The notes under the pieces are model-generated. The model was not told where the DNA came from, ran no database searches, and worked only from the letters and a program-made list of their open reading frames with translations. Shown one piece after another: positions 25,096-38,891 of a DNA stretch of 64,000 nt; within the stretch, counting starts at the first letter, position 1; every line of letters begins with the position of its first letter. Made by a program: the position numbers and the translations under genes. Source of the stretch: Parasitella parasitica NRRL 2501 (Eukaryota; Fungi; Mucoromycota); contig MU619277.1 in assembly GCA_025201805.1 (NCBI GenBank), positions 162,054 to 226,053 of the forward strand, written 5' to 3'.

Positions 25096-26716
25096 CTATT
25101 TTTTAGATTGATATTGTTTGTTTCCTTTTGCTGCTGCCTGTAAAGAAGTATTAACGTGTTGATAATCTATGCGTCGGACTAAAAGCAGGCACTTACCATC
25201 TCATCCAGAACCAGCTTCATTTCGCCTCGCTTGCAACTGATTCCAACCATGCATTCGTCGATAGAAACAGTCTACAGAATCAACGTCAAATATCAATTCA
25301 AATAAGATTACTTTATCCTTACATTGTAGTTCACTATTTTACTCCAAATGTCAGTGTTTGATCTCAAGTGGGTGATTATTTCTTTTCTTTTGTTGAGGTC
25401 GAGACCTCCAGGCTGGTTGCTGATAGCCAGTGGTGGCTCCGATGTTTGCGGAGAACTGCTTTGGCTTCTGATAGACATGAAGATGCCCTTTAAATCCCTA
25501 ATCATTTGGGCTCTGTTATTACCTGTTTTAAATCCGTATGTTTTTAGCTTGGCCTTCAATTCAACTGTTGATAATTCGTCGTAGTTGGGCATATCTGGCG
25601 GTTGCGAATTTACAGAGGCAGGAGCTGCTGTACTAGGTGATGCTGCATGTGAAGTACTGGCATGTTGTGAATCTGGAATAAGCAAGGAGTTGGTAGATGA
25701 ATGTTTTGATATTGGTGATGGTAAATTTAATGATGAGGCATAGGGGGCACTGTGGTCAACAGTTTGTGAGCCGAAAAGGTCAGCAATTCCATCTGAATTG
25801 AAACTGAGGTCTCCCTCTTGCTCTGCTCCAACATTTGAGAATGATGAATGATCAGGCACTGAAGGAGCAATCACGAAAGGATACGACTCCTGTGTCAAGT
25901 TGATTATTGAGTCATTTGAATAATCGCTATAGTCAATACCCTGGCCATTACTTGTGGAGTGCATGTATTCCATCTCCTGCGAATCATCTTGGTCTATTGT
26001 TATGACATTATCCGGAGCAGTTGCCTATGTTTTTTTGCACGTTTAATGGAATGTTGCTGCAGCACACCCGTTGTTAACTTACATTTGCATCTTTTAGAAT
26101 ACACAAAAGAGGAAAGAGCCTTGCATATCGGACGTCCGAGAGTATAATCTTGCCCAAATCAATCATTTCTCTGACACTGCTTTCAAATTGAGATTGTATC
26201 AACTCGTAGGATGCGTTCTTGATATTACTGTATTAGCGGTTTTTTTAGGTAGCTTTTTCATCTAACCTGCTTTACCTCTACTTTATCAAGACATGAGCGA
26301 ATGAAGTTTAGTTCTCTTGCTTGGTGAAGCCTTGTTTTTTTCAGCACCGAAATCAGCTTTGATACGCCCTCCGTATAAAAATTAGCAATAAGCGGGTGCA
26401 GCATTAAAATGACATTTAACGCCAATTCTGATTCCATAGCGAGTCGATGAGCATAAGTGGCTAGGAGCCGGATTGTCTCGTCTTCATTGTCTTGCAGCAA
26501 ATCGTCGGCAGTAGGGTCTGTTATCATCAACGCCAAACGAAAATAGATGGATGGTGCCAGGTCGAGATTCATGCAATCGCTATTGTGGGTCCAATTTTCT
26601 CGTACACAAGTAGAGCATTCACCATGGATGTCATCGTAAGACGGTCTGGAAAGAGTGCTTCGAGGCCTTTTACGCCTAAGGCTCTGTTCATTGCTAGGTG
26701 AACGCTTCGTCATCAT
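25096..26716 (-). CDS. SLX4: Slx4-like structure-specific nuclease scaffold (SAP + C-terminal Slx1-binding domain); 5 exons
   Basis: SAP-like MPNYDELSTVELKAKLKTYGFK..RAQMIRDLKGIF, then IITHLRSNTDIWSKIVNYN|TVSIDE..MKLVLDEM, resembling the Slx4 C-terminal domain. ORFs 26258-26716 and 25308-25973 link in frame through an internal exon NASYELIQ..LKDAN. Confidence 0.65.
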
Positions 26717-26843
26717 GATTGAAATGAAGAAGAGTCAATCAAAACTGAAAAAGTGCGCAGTCCGTTAAATGAAAAAAGTGTTACACGATTGTTTATTTTT
26801 TTATTCTAGCAAAATCAAATTATTTCTATCACAGTGCTTGCAG

Positions 26844-29266
26844 TTATTGTGCTAATTCAGGGATATTATAGTAGAGATCAAGACTCCCAGGATTGCTCAA
26901 AGTACCTGTTGCAGTGACCTTTTGACCGCCCAGGATCTTCTTTACAGCCACTTCGACCTTTTTTCCGTTTATAGTGTACTAAATGATCGCTGTTTAATTC
27001 CAATGTTTACGATGTGCTTACCAATTCTACTTACTGGAATGTCTTTGATTGCGAGGATAAATGCAGGCACGTGTCTAGGGCTCAATTCACTACGAATGGT
27101 AACTTTGAGCTTCTTGACCAACTCATCCGAAATGGTCTCACTACCATCCTTCATCTTCAAGAATAGCACTACTCTTTCATCATCCTCGCCCTTGATCTTT
27201 TGGCCGACACACAGAGAATCTTCGATACCGCCATCAACATTGAACTTGTCTACAACATTGTAAATCTCAGCGCTGCCAAAACGCACACCATTTGGATTCA
27301 ATGTCCCATCGGATCTACCGAGCATCACAACGCCGCCAGTATTGGGGTTGATCCACACGAAATCACCATGGTACCAGGTGCGGTCGTAGACGTCAAAGTA
27401 CGCGCCCTTGTATTTTGCTCTCTCTGGGCCATCACCATACATACAAACAGGCATACACGGGAAGGGAGTGATACAAACAAGGTCCGCTGCACTGGCATAA
27501 ACAGGCTTCTCAAAGTCGGACCAAGCTTGAATGTTCATACCTAAGCAAATACACTGGATTTCACCTCGATAAACAGGAAGTGCAGCATTATGACCAGCAA
27601 ACAAGGAGCAGATATCAGTGCCGCCAGTAATGCTGCCCAACATTATGTCCTTCTTGATGTGCTCATAAACGAAATCGAAGCTCTCGGGTTTCAAAGGAGA
27701 ACCAGTAGAGTAGATAGCTTTGAGCGAATCGAGTTTGCATACATCCACTATGACAGCAAGGTTAGACTATGATCAGTCAACGTAAAACCAACTTACTGGG
27801 ATGGACATTAGCTTCTTGGAGCGATTGAATATATTTAGCAGAAGTGCCAAAGTGAGTAACATTCAGCTCATCAGCCAACTCCCACAAAGAGATAGGAGCA
27901 GGCTTGAAAGGACTACCATCCCAAAGGACGATAGTGGCACCCACACTGAGACCGGCAACAAGCCAGTTCCACATCATCCAACCCGTGGTCGTATAATAAA
28001 AGAAGACATCATCAGGCGTCATGTCACCATGGATAATGTGTTCCTTCTTCAATTGAAGTAAAAGACCTGCACCAGAGTGAACAATGCATTTGGGCAAACC
28101 TGTTGTACCTGAGCTGAATAGTATAAACGCAGGATGGTTGAATGGCAGTTGCTCGAAATGGATGTCTGAAGGCAGCTTGTCTTTAGGCACAGTGTCCAAA
28201 AAGTTTGACCAGGAAACCAAACAAGGGATTTTGTAATTCTCAAGTTCCTCCAACTCGCCCACAAATGGGATCAAGACCACCTTTTCAAGACATGGGAGAC
28301 CTTTGCAAAAGGGCTTTTAAAACCAACACAATAGATTGCACCCACTAAATTACCTTCAACAACTGTTTTCAATTTGGAGATATGGTTCAAATTTTTACCA
28401 TTGTAAATAACAGCATTCACAGAGATCAGTACCTTGGGCTGGATTTGAGCGAAACGATCAAGTACACCCTATTAAAAAATGTGAGTATTTTTTTCCCACG
28501 ATGCACAACATCCTTCTTTACTGTAGTTCCAAAATCAGGTGAAGTAGAGCTAAAAAAAAAATTAGGTAAAATAGATTTAGCTATCAAGGATAACACCCAT
28601 AAACGCCTACCTCCAAAGAGCGCCAATACTGGTAGTCGCCAGCATAGCGATAACGGCCTCTGCACAATTGGGAATGTAAGCAGCAACACGATCGCCTTTC
28701 GTTACCCCCAAAGATTTCAAAGCTTCGGCACATTTCAAAACATCATTGTACAATTCCTCGTAACTGATAAAACGCCTTTCATGTCCTTCACCTATTAATT
28801 AATGTTAATTACAGGTGTGGACACTATCCCCTTCCAATGATCATACCAGTAGCGACAATAGCGGTTTTGTCAGGGCTTCTGCACCATAACAGATTCTCTG
28901 CGACATTCAATCGAGATTCATTGAACCATTCAGGGATTGAATCCATCTTTGCAGTTTTATCAATGACATGATCGCCCTGTTTGGACGAAATTATGTTTGT
29001 ATAGGACCAAACCTCTGACCAAAACAATTCTGGGTGCTCAACCGACCATTTCCAGAGTTCAGCATAGGTACCTGTACAATGTTAACATTTACTGATTTGC
29101 AAAAACATACACGCATTTTCATACCCAGTTGTTGTTGTGGATATTTAGATTGCATAAGTTGGCGGAATTTATCCATTTGAGTGTTCTCAGGGTGAGAAGG
29201 TTTCCAAAGACATTTAGGCTCGGTTGTCAATGTATTATCGGGGACAAGAGTAGCAGCAGCAATCAT
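26844..29266 (-). CDS. Acetoacetyl-CoA synthetase (AMP-forming); multi-exon
   Basis: [15 protein letters not shown]-loop [58 protein letters not shown], and terminal [14 protein letters not shown]. Confidence 0.95.
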
Positions 29267-30623
29267 GATTTTCTCTTTGTTTTTTTTTTTTCTAAAAAAA
29301 AATACGAGTGTTGAAAGAAAAAGATGAAAACATCTTGTACTTCTTGAGGCCTTCTTAATTTCAAACCGTGGGATTATTTATCGTGTTCTTCCACGGCCAT
29401 CAGGCGTTTAAGCATTAGTTTAAACGAGTCACTCTTGTCAATGTATGCAACAGAAATCCAATATCATGTGCGTATTATCTTATGCTTGGGTCGATCGGCA
29501 CTCCTCTTCAGATATAAAGCTTTTTGTACCTATATGACTGACTATGTTTTCGAGTTTATCTGCGGATGCCTGTGATTTCGTACAACAACGACATGGAATC
29601 CAAAATGATTACATAAAAATAATTTGCAAGAACTTTGAATGTTTGCTCACATATTGAATAGCCTTGCTCTGTCCATATGACGCAAAAATAGGCATAAAAA
29701 GTATTTCGAGTGCATCAGATTACGTTTTCTTACAAAAAATATCATTATTATACTTTTAAACAGATATTCTCTTTACTTGGTATATAAGAGTTGGTTTTAG
29801 GATCAAGGAAGCACAGATGAGATATTACATATCACGCAACTATTGCCATATCAATTCCCATATTATTGCCTTTTTTGTTGATAAAAGTGACAGTGAGTAA
29901 ACAATTAGGTACACATTTTTTTAAAAAAAAGGAAATATTGCATTATTTTTAACAATGAGTGTTTAAAGTAACTTCCAACTATAATATTTTTCATAGAGGA
30001 AATTGATGATTGCAAGCGACACTCAAGAATAACACAAAATTACTTTCCATCACTTAATACACAAAAAAACATAAATTTCCTCTTTTGGCATAATAAAGCG
30101 GCGTTTTAAATAATACCAAATATAGACATTGGTAATATTGTATCAGCAGAATGTGCGAAAACGTGAGGATTTGGGTAAAAAAAAAAGTTTGACAGAAGAC
30201 TGGTTTGAAACAATAGGGCTTTGTGGGTATACTTGATGCTCTAAGTCTTCGTCTGAACTTCCTTCTTCCCGTTCGGTCTTATTCAGTGAAGAAACAGTAG
30301 TGATATACTTTATATACAACAGCAACTATTTGGGCGCAGAGCAAGCTTAAAAGTGGCAAATCCATACTTTGCAATATTGGATCCTGAAAATTTACTACCT
30401 CTTCTGCTAAAAGTTTATTTCGCAAAGTGGCAGGTACTTTGTCGCTTCAACATAGAATAGCTTTGGTTAATGTTTTTTGTCATACTTACTATATCTTTCA
30501 TTATTGTGCTATTTATATTCAACAAGTTTAAGGTGAAAGACTGTATTAGTCTAAATAAGTTCTAATTTTTTATTTGAAATTGAAAAGGGGAATACTAAAG
30601 GCTTTTATGGAAATCGCAACAGA

Positions 30624-32574
30624 TTACATGAAACTCCAACATGTACCAGTAAGTGCCATTGAAGAAGCAATTATAATCAATGTGTAATCCAAAATTTTGT
30701 TCTTGAGAGACATAGCGTCGCCAAAAAGACATAGATGACAGATCAAAGGGAAGATGCCTGAAATCATAAACGAAAAGAAGGCACCCAACAAAGACATGAT
30801 TTTGTCAAAACCAGGTATAACGTAAGCCAGAACAACAATGAAAGCACTGATAAAGACTTTACCAACCCCAGTTAGGATAGGCTCACGCCAACTTCCTTTG
30901 TCGCACCAGTCTTCAAGACTTGTCCCTTTGAACAACCAGATTTGCCAACTCAAGTTGACAGGATTGACAGTAAGGCCATATTTTGCAATTGGATTCATTG
31001 CAATGAGCCAAACAGCGAGACGGTTTAAAGTTTGATTGTATTCAGGAATTGAAACAATGTTTTGAGTAATCTGTAATATATTGCGTCAAGGAAAAAATAT
31101 AACCAAATGTTGTGTTGTCCCTTTTCCAATACCTACCTCTTGCATAGTGTTTGATCCAAACATCAAGTAGCCGCAAGCGGCGACACCAAAATAAACAATA
31201 GTAGTAGCTAGATATGTCCAATTCACCATTCTTACATATGCTTTTGGGTTCTCCATATCACGATAAACCGTTGGAAATACAGCATGACCAGCAAACCCAG
31301 CCATGATTAATCCGAAACTAAGGGGTACATTCATCCAATTTGAGGGCCAGATTTCTGTGTCCTAGACAATAATGAATGTCAATAACTTTTATGAAACTAA
31401 TTTGAAACAAACAAAGCTTACTGCAGGCTCGATCAAACTACCAGGAGCAGTTTTTTTGGTCACGCCATCGACAATAATGACAATAATGATGCTAAAAGCA
31501 CTAATAATGCCCAACAAGCTTGAATATGATAAATGGCGAACAGGTAGAAACAGCATAGGAGTCAAAATAGCGAAGGATAAAATTCTGATATCTTTGAGCG
31601 AAAATCCTGGGAACAATGCATCAATACCGTCGCCCAATAAAACTACCAGTGCAACACTTTTTTTGTGTCCATGTTAGAATAACATGCCTACTGCAGCAAG
31701 TAAATCATTTACCTGCTTGTGATTAACTCTGTAATAAACAAAGCTGTAACCCAAATTCTTCCCTTTAGACCAAAAGCCAAAGCTCCCATATCACCGTATG
31801 TCTTAGATTCAGGATCGACGTCCAAGCATTTTTGCAGTAGTTTTGCGGTGTAATTGGTGAGGCCGCAACAGAATACAAAGACACTTATGCCAATAGCCCA
31901 ACCTGCGCACTGGTAGCAATGCGGTGTCAGTATTGACGGTCGCATGCATTGCCCATCCCTTTACTTACCTTGAATCCAAGAGGGAGTGCTAAAATACCAA
32001 TACCAATCAAAATATTGATAGAGTTGAAGATAGATTGAGTAAACGAAGACTTTGTAGCAGCAGGAGGATGTGCTTCATAGCGGTAATCATCGGCGACGGT
32101 ACCTACACTTCGTGTAGATAAAACCTTGTCCAAATGTGAAAATAACAATGAGGAATGTTCATTGGCAGCGCTGGTACTTGGGCCTGTTTCAATTCTGGAT
32201 AGCCGTGACACAGAAGTTTTTGACGGAATTCTTGAAACATAACCCGATGAGATCGCAGAATACTTGTCTTCTTCGTCGTCCAGCTAAGAGAGATTCGGTG
32301 GTTAGAAAGTGTATGGCCATAGCAACGTTAATGCTAATATTACCAGAGACCCATTTGGGACAGCTAAATTTTCAGCCATAAACATCATAGAGGTACGAGA
32401 GTATGACCCAACAAAAGATCCAAGTCTTTCCGAAAAGGAACTCATTGTGCGTTCAATAGGTATATGATCCTCGCTGATGGCACCATAGGAATGTTCAGGT
32501 GAAAGCTGAGAAGGATGCAGATTACGAATACGAGGTACGTTATTACCGCTACCGTCACCGTTGGGTATATCCAT
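30624..32574 (-). CDS. Vacuolar amino-acid transporter, Avt1-like (AAAP family); multi-exon
   Basis: SSFTQSIFNSINILIGIGILALPLGF, TYGDMGALAFG, FAGHAVFPTVYRDM, NPIAKYGLTVNPV. Confidence 0.92.
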
Positions 32575-32899
32575 TTTTGGCCTTGGGTTTTGTTTGAGAT
32601 AACAAAAAGAAAGAAGAATAAAGGGGGAGCGAAGAAGCCCACATTTAGTAGGGTTTTTAAAAAATGAGTGTCGGTACGAGAAAATTCCTTCGCATAATGA
32701 CAAACACGCCTTTTCATGAAGATGGGAAATCTGTATCATGGGCAAGGGGTCAAGGCTTATGACCCAAAGGAGAATTTTTTGGCCCAAACTACAGATCCAA
32801 ACATTATCCTTGAAACAGTGACAAACCAAAAGTGTTGTTATTAACTGAAACCCTCCCCTCCCCTCCTGAGAAAATGGTTATATATGATATAGCCAAAAC

Positions 32900-33210
32900 A
32901 ACCAAAACAGCCAAAGTAGTTGATGCCCTGGAGCCCTCAACATACAAAAAATATAGCGATCAACAGAGAGTTGAGTTCATCGACAGAATGGTCGACTTTG
33001 CCCAACAGAAAGGATTGGCAACCAAATTTCCAAAGGAATTGGGTCTCGCGTTGCTTTAAGATGGAGGAAACGCTCCACAAAAAAAAATTATCCGTAATGA
33101 CAATAAACGTAATTTTACCTGACAAGTACTAGAACAGCATAAAGAAAATGTTCGATGATGATCTACAGTTGGCCATAGACGAAATCGTCGAAACCATCGC
33201 TTCATTTTCT
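32900..33210 (+). pseudogene. Frameshifted N-terminal remnant of a Tc1/IS630-type transposase
   Basis: YKKYSDQQRVEFIDRMV..GLATKFPKELG, then in shifted frames ILPDKY*NSIKKMFDDDLQLAIDEIVETI. This resembles the two HTH regions of Mucorales Tc1/IS630-like transposases (recognised from memory). No DDE domain follows. Confidence 0.65.
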
Positions 33211-34708
33211 GAACCGGCCAGGAGCCGGAGGAGCTCCCTTTGACAATTCTAGTGGGTCCTTACTGTCCGCGCGCTCTCTGGTTCTATCTAGTTCTCCCTG
33301 GCTCAACAACTGGTTCAACAACTAGCTCTTTCCTTCTCTCTGATATTATCTTTCGTAAGCTGTGCGGATAACATCAACCTTTCATCTTTTAATACCGTAC
33401 AACCGGAATCTGTGTGGCAATTGTAAGGGGCAAACTGGAGTCTAAATCTAGCTGTAGACTGACTCAGGCAGCAGTTTGTTCATACTACCGCCAACAAGGG
33501 ATACTGAAAGAATCACTTGCGCTTTCTTTCAGGGGCATAAGAGCCTAATGTTGTATTTAGGCTTTTTTCTGGCGTGGATAATGTCAATTTCTTGGCTGCT
33601 ATTAGACAAAGCATGTTATTGACCTTTCTACTCCCAAAAACGCTCCGGGCTGCAATTACTCGTCTATGACAAGTAAAAAGCGCTGAAAAGCCGAGTTAGT
33701 TGCCCAGAATGAGGCGGCCGAATATACGTTCCAAGCTGTACCGTATCAAGAGAGGTGACCAATGTGAATGGAGATGCGAATACTTCTGATAATGCAAGTA
33801 TTGGAGACAGTAGTCCAGTCACCAGCTCCGAGGAAAATTTAGACACGCTTGAAGATGACCAACATTACGTAGTTACGCAAATGTCAACTAGATGCATGCT
33901 CGCTGATTACATTCGCTGGTAATTAGAATGACATCTAGGAAGGAGCACAACAAACGGCTAACAAGACCATCATTTTCAAACAAAATAATAAGATACCAAA
34001 GCCTTTGATTTGATTCACAATCATTGAATGTAATTATTCAAGAACTTTGATAGAGAGATACGCTACAGACAAATTAAAAAAAGTCATCCTTGCAACATGG
34101 TAAATATATTACAGTTCAAATCATTGCTATTTCAAGGAGACCCACTCGGTCTACTATGTACTTATATCACGTGGAGTGTTATTGGCTTGAGCTTAAGGAA
34201 AAGAACAGTTTCGTTTCCAAGCAATTTGCTTCCCCTTCAATGAAAGAACCAAAGGCCCATTGGATTGGTTGAAATCTCAAATATAATTTCTTCTCTCGCC
34301 TTTTTAGGGTGCACCCTCTCTTTCCTTCCTCATTTCTCTCTTTCATACAACTATTTCTCACACAAAACAAGAAAAGACACTACGCTCATATAAGAACAAA
34401 CAAGCTCGAATGTATGTATGCTACAATTTCCTATTTTGCTATTTTGAAAAGGGGATAAAAGAAAGAAATTTACGAGACTAAGAAGAACAAGTTTTGTAAT
34501 AAACCAATTCGATGAAAAGATGCCACTGCTTATATGAAAGATATAGCTGCTATATCAATAAGCGTAGGCTCTCTTTATAACTCTCTATCTTTTCTCTTGC
34601 CGTTTTATTAAAACCCCTCGAAGAAAGCTATACATACATTAACGCGTTATTAATTTTTTCATCTCTTTTCTTCTTCTCTTTACTTTTTTCCAGATATAAT
34701 AATAAACC

Positions 34709-35940
34709 ATGGCAGACACAGCAGACCCCGATGTTGATTCAATCATTACTCGCCTTTTGGAAGGTAAGAAAACAAAATATCATTTATTGGCATTGCTGTA
34801 AACAAGGCAATTTTCTCTTTTCTAGTGCGAGGCAGCCGCCCGGGTAAGCAGGTTCAGCTTGGAGAAAATGAAATTCGATTCCTATGTCAAAAAGCGCGCG
34901 AAATATTCATGAATCAGCCTATTCTACTGGACTTGGAAGCACCCATTAAAGTCTGTGGTGATATTCATGGACAATATTATGATTTGTTGCGATTATTTGA
35001 ATATGGTGGCTTCCCCCCTGAAGCAAATTATCTCTTTATGGGTGATTATGTTGATAGAGGAAAGCAATCTCTCGAAACCATTTGTCTATTATTAGCCTAC
35101 AAAATCAAATACCCTGAAAATTTCTTTATTCTTCGTGGTAACCATGAATGTGCAAGTATTAATCGTATATATGGATTTTATGATGAATGTAAGTCTTTTT
35201 TTTTTTATATATATATTATTATTTATTTATTTATACCCGTTTAATCTCACCCTTTATTTTTGCTTTTACCAGGTAAACGACGATATAATATAAAGCTTTG
35301 GAAAATCTTTACAGATTGCTTTAATTGCTTACCTATTGCTGCTGTGATTGACGAAAAGATTATGTGTATGCATGGTGGACTTTCGCCTGATTTACAAAAT
35401 ATGGAACAAATTCGTAGAGTGATGCGTCCCACTGATGTACCAGATANNNNNNNNNNAAAAAAAAAAGGAAATGAAATGAAATGAATAGACAAAGTTGCTT
35501 ACTATCGATAGGCTTATTGTGTGATTTGCTATGGGCTGATCCTGACAAGGATATTACCGGTTGGAGTGAAAACGATCGTGGTGTTTCATTCACATTTGGA
35601 GCCGATATTGTATCTCGATTTTTGCAAAAACATGACTTGGATCTTATTTGTCGTGCTCATCAAGTGGTTGAAGATGGTTACGAATTTTTCGCAAAGAGAC
35701 AGCTGGTAACTTTGTTTTCTGCACCCAATTACTGTGGAGAGTTTGATAATGCTGGTGCTATGATGAGCGTTGATGAATCCTTAATGTGTTCATTCCAGGT
35801 AAGAAGCAAACGGATGACTAGCATGCAAAATTTGCCGGATTGATTACTGATTTTATTTTCGGTAGATCTTGAAACCAGCTGAAAAAAGAGCAAAGTATGG
35901 TTACAATTCAGCTAAAGGAAGACCCAAACCAAAGGCATAA
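34709..35940 (+). CDS. GLC7: Ser/Thr protein phosphatase PP1 catalytic subunit; 5 coding exons, assembly gap at 35447-35456
   Basis: [69 protein letters not shown]. Confidence 0.97.
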
Positions 35941-37453
35941 ATCTATTCTATTCCATCATCTCCTTATTTTCCAATTGTTCCCCTCATCACCTCCTCCTTG
36001 TCTCTTATATTTAATACAGGCACTTTTTTTTTTCTTTATTTTTTTTTCTACCAGTATTCTGATATGAAGGTTTGGCTACATCATAATGATGACGGTAGTA
36101 GCGATAATTTAGTTGTAAAAATAATACAATACACAATTATGTCAATCAGCAAAAAAAACCGTATAGCCAGAGGAGCTGAAAGAGAAGACATAGTGAGGCT
36201 AATTGTTACGTTTAATTCGTTTCCAAGGGGTAAAAAAAAAAAGTCAGTGTGAGAATGTGCATGAAAACGTTTTGGTTTTGATTCATCTATGAGCTACCAT
36301 AGAGATACATTTCAAACTGACCATTTTCTTCTCGCTGTACGATTTACCACCAAAAATGGCTAGCTATACTATGTTTCGACTTTGCTTTGATGGCTAGATT
36401 GTTGGGTTGTGCTAATTTTAAAATGTTTTTGTGAACATAAGATTGTTTTGCAACATTCTGTCCCTAATTCGTATTTCAAGCCAATCTTCTCTGTATCAGT
36501 AACTTTGTTATAAATTTGACTACTGTACAGTACATTCATTTTACTAGTGTTTATCTTGCTCTTCTCTTGAGAAGTTACATTCAGGGAACAGATGTCAATA
36601 ACATAAGACAATGCTGAATTGAAAGAAATTCAGGTACGCCGCTAAAAATCACAAATAACTGATCTTTGTCATATTTCGGTTCAATTGTCATCATAATTAG
36701 TACAGATTTAGATCATTGTATATACATGACATGATGAGATGTGCTATATGTTGAATCTGGATAAAAAAAAATGGTGCTGTTCAAAAACTTGCTTACATTT
36801 ACACATAATACCACTGGTAGCAAATCCAGGCACAGGTTAAATACTAGAAATTTGTAGTTTTTGAGAGATTTAGGATAATTGTTCAAACTTTTATTGTGCA
36901 GCTTCGCGATGCGATGCAGACCAGCCCGTCGATCAAAATAGTTGTATAATATTAATGTTTGCTACGATTAGAAGCACAATATACAGTGGATCATCACAGC
37001 CGGAATACTTCATTTAGAAAATATGAATTCTCTTTGTGTCAAAAGCTCCCAAAATACGCTATGACACAAAACGATTTTGCGTCATTTGTGGAACGAACTT
37101 ACTGAATTCAATACACTGTTCACAATATTTGTAACTTGTTTCTGGTATGAAGTTACAGATCTAGTATGTGTTGTACTGCTTATTAAGTGTCAAAGTCTAC
37201 CTACGGTTTACCACATGAGCATGATATATTGGAAGGCAGCAGTACGTGGGCGTGTCTATTTTTGAGCTTCTTTGTTGTTGTTAATGACAAAAATAAAGGT
37301 CGTGTGTGTATAACTGCGTACATAAACTGTACATGTATAAACAATGATATAATCATACTGCATACTGTGCTCACTATGTATATGCATTAAGTCAATAAAA
37401 GACGTAGAAAGATTTATTATTATTATGATAATGATTACAATTGTTATATGAAA

Positions 37454-38655
37454 TCAGGTATATTTTGGCGGCTTGACTTCGGCTAGCCAAGTAAGCTTTA
37501 GTACATCTTGTATGGTATATCTCTTTTCTGGATCAGGGTTCAGCACAGCATACATCATTTGCCTGCTCTCTTCATCAAATGATTCAAACGCAGGGTAGGC
37601 TTGTTTGGCGTAATGTTTGCTATAGAGGCGATAGTTTGCGTCCGATTGTTGCGCCGAATAGAAGGGCACGCCGTTCAAACGCATACAAAAGTAGACTATT
37701 CCCGCAGACCAAACATCTGCTTGACTTGCACGGTAACCTTGTTTTGAGCAGATGAAAATCTCGGGGGCGATATAAGGCGTTGATCCACACAGCCCATCTG
37801 ATAATCTGCTCGTTTCCTGCCAGGCTTCGCGAAAGACATCAGCCTCGCCGAAATCTGATATTTTGAGAATGGTACATGTGTTGTGCTTGACTAATAATAA
37901 GTTTTCTGGCTTTATATCACGATGTGCTACGCCTAAACAATGAAGATAGGAGAGCCCATCGAGGAGCTGCTTAAAATATCCATTTGCTTCGTCTTGAGAA
38001 GATAAGCGACCCTCTTTGATGAACGAATATAGATCACCCCCTGGACACTATAAGAAAGGGGTGTGTAAGGTTCAGTCATGGAATTCTTTGATTCACTACT
38101 GCGTGCCTTTGAATGCAGCAGCGCAGACGCTGTATGACTTACATATTCCATCACTGTACAATAGCGGTCCTTTTCGTCTAGCACCAAATCCATTGTTTTG
38201 ACAATATTTGGGTGGTCCAGCGTAGACGATATGCAAAATTCGCTAATTAGCTTTTTCATAAAGCTTGATTCAGTCTCTCGCACTTTTCTCTTGCGGAATG
38301 CTTTAACTGCATACGTGCGCATCAGCTTGCCGTCCTCTTGTAATTGATGTGTCAACAGAACCGTAGCAGATGCGCCTGTTCCGATTTGTCGACGTTGCAA
38401 TTGCCCATAATGGCTGAGCAGTAAACGAGAATGGTGACATTTCTGTGATTGCTCTTGCTTTTGAAATTTGATGGTTGAAATGACTAATTTGAGTTGTTGT
38501 ACAAGCATAGCTGACCGCTTCTTCTTTTTTTTCGGCTTGTCTGAATCAAAAGTTGGTGTTATATACTGCTCCTTGACGAATGAGGGCTCATTTTTGGATG
38601 TGATTGTCAAAGATGATGATGAAGGGAAGTCGAGCAGAATGGCAGAATCTTTCAT
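37454..38655 (-). CDS. HAL-family (Hrk1/Sat4/Npr1-like) Ser/Thr kinase; intron 38048-38142
   Basis: IGTGASATV, YAVKAF, SEFCISSTLDHPNIVKTMDL, HRDIKPENLL, ISDFGEA, GLCGSTPYIAPE. Confidence 0.92.
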
Positions 38656-38891
38656 GTTATTTACAGAGGAATGTCAATATTAAGGGGATTTATTTAAAGT
38701 GGAGTGTAGAGAGAGAGACAGAGAGGGAGAGGGAGAAATAAAAAAGAAACCTAAAGAAAGAAGGCCAGGAAGATCAAAAAAGAATTTATTGTATATATAT
38801 GTTTAAAAATGGGCTTGTGATTCTTAATCATCCCCTCTTCCCAACAAGGTACATCAACATCTGTTGTTTGTACGGCAATTCCTCCGAAATC

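Noticed and set aside
15932-29266. LiuC-like hydratase and acetoacetyl-CoA synthetase as a leucine-catabolism cluster
   Set aside because: They are 10 kb apart with unrelated genes between, and no carboxylase or HMG-CoA lyase is in the window.
35447-35456. Break in the PP1 reading frame
   Set aside because: An N10 assembly gap covering an exon end and donor site, not a biological lesion.
36483-36520. Minus-strand GATACAGAGAAGATT, identical to the U6 snRNA ACAGAGA box region, with GTCAAATT upstream
   Set aside because: The AGC triad, internal stem-loop (AGCATGGCCCC..) and 5' stem-loop are missing, and no intron restores them. Most likely a chance 15-mer or a tiny relic; an Infernal U6 scan would settle it.
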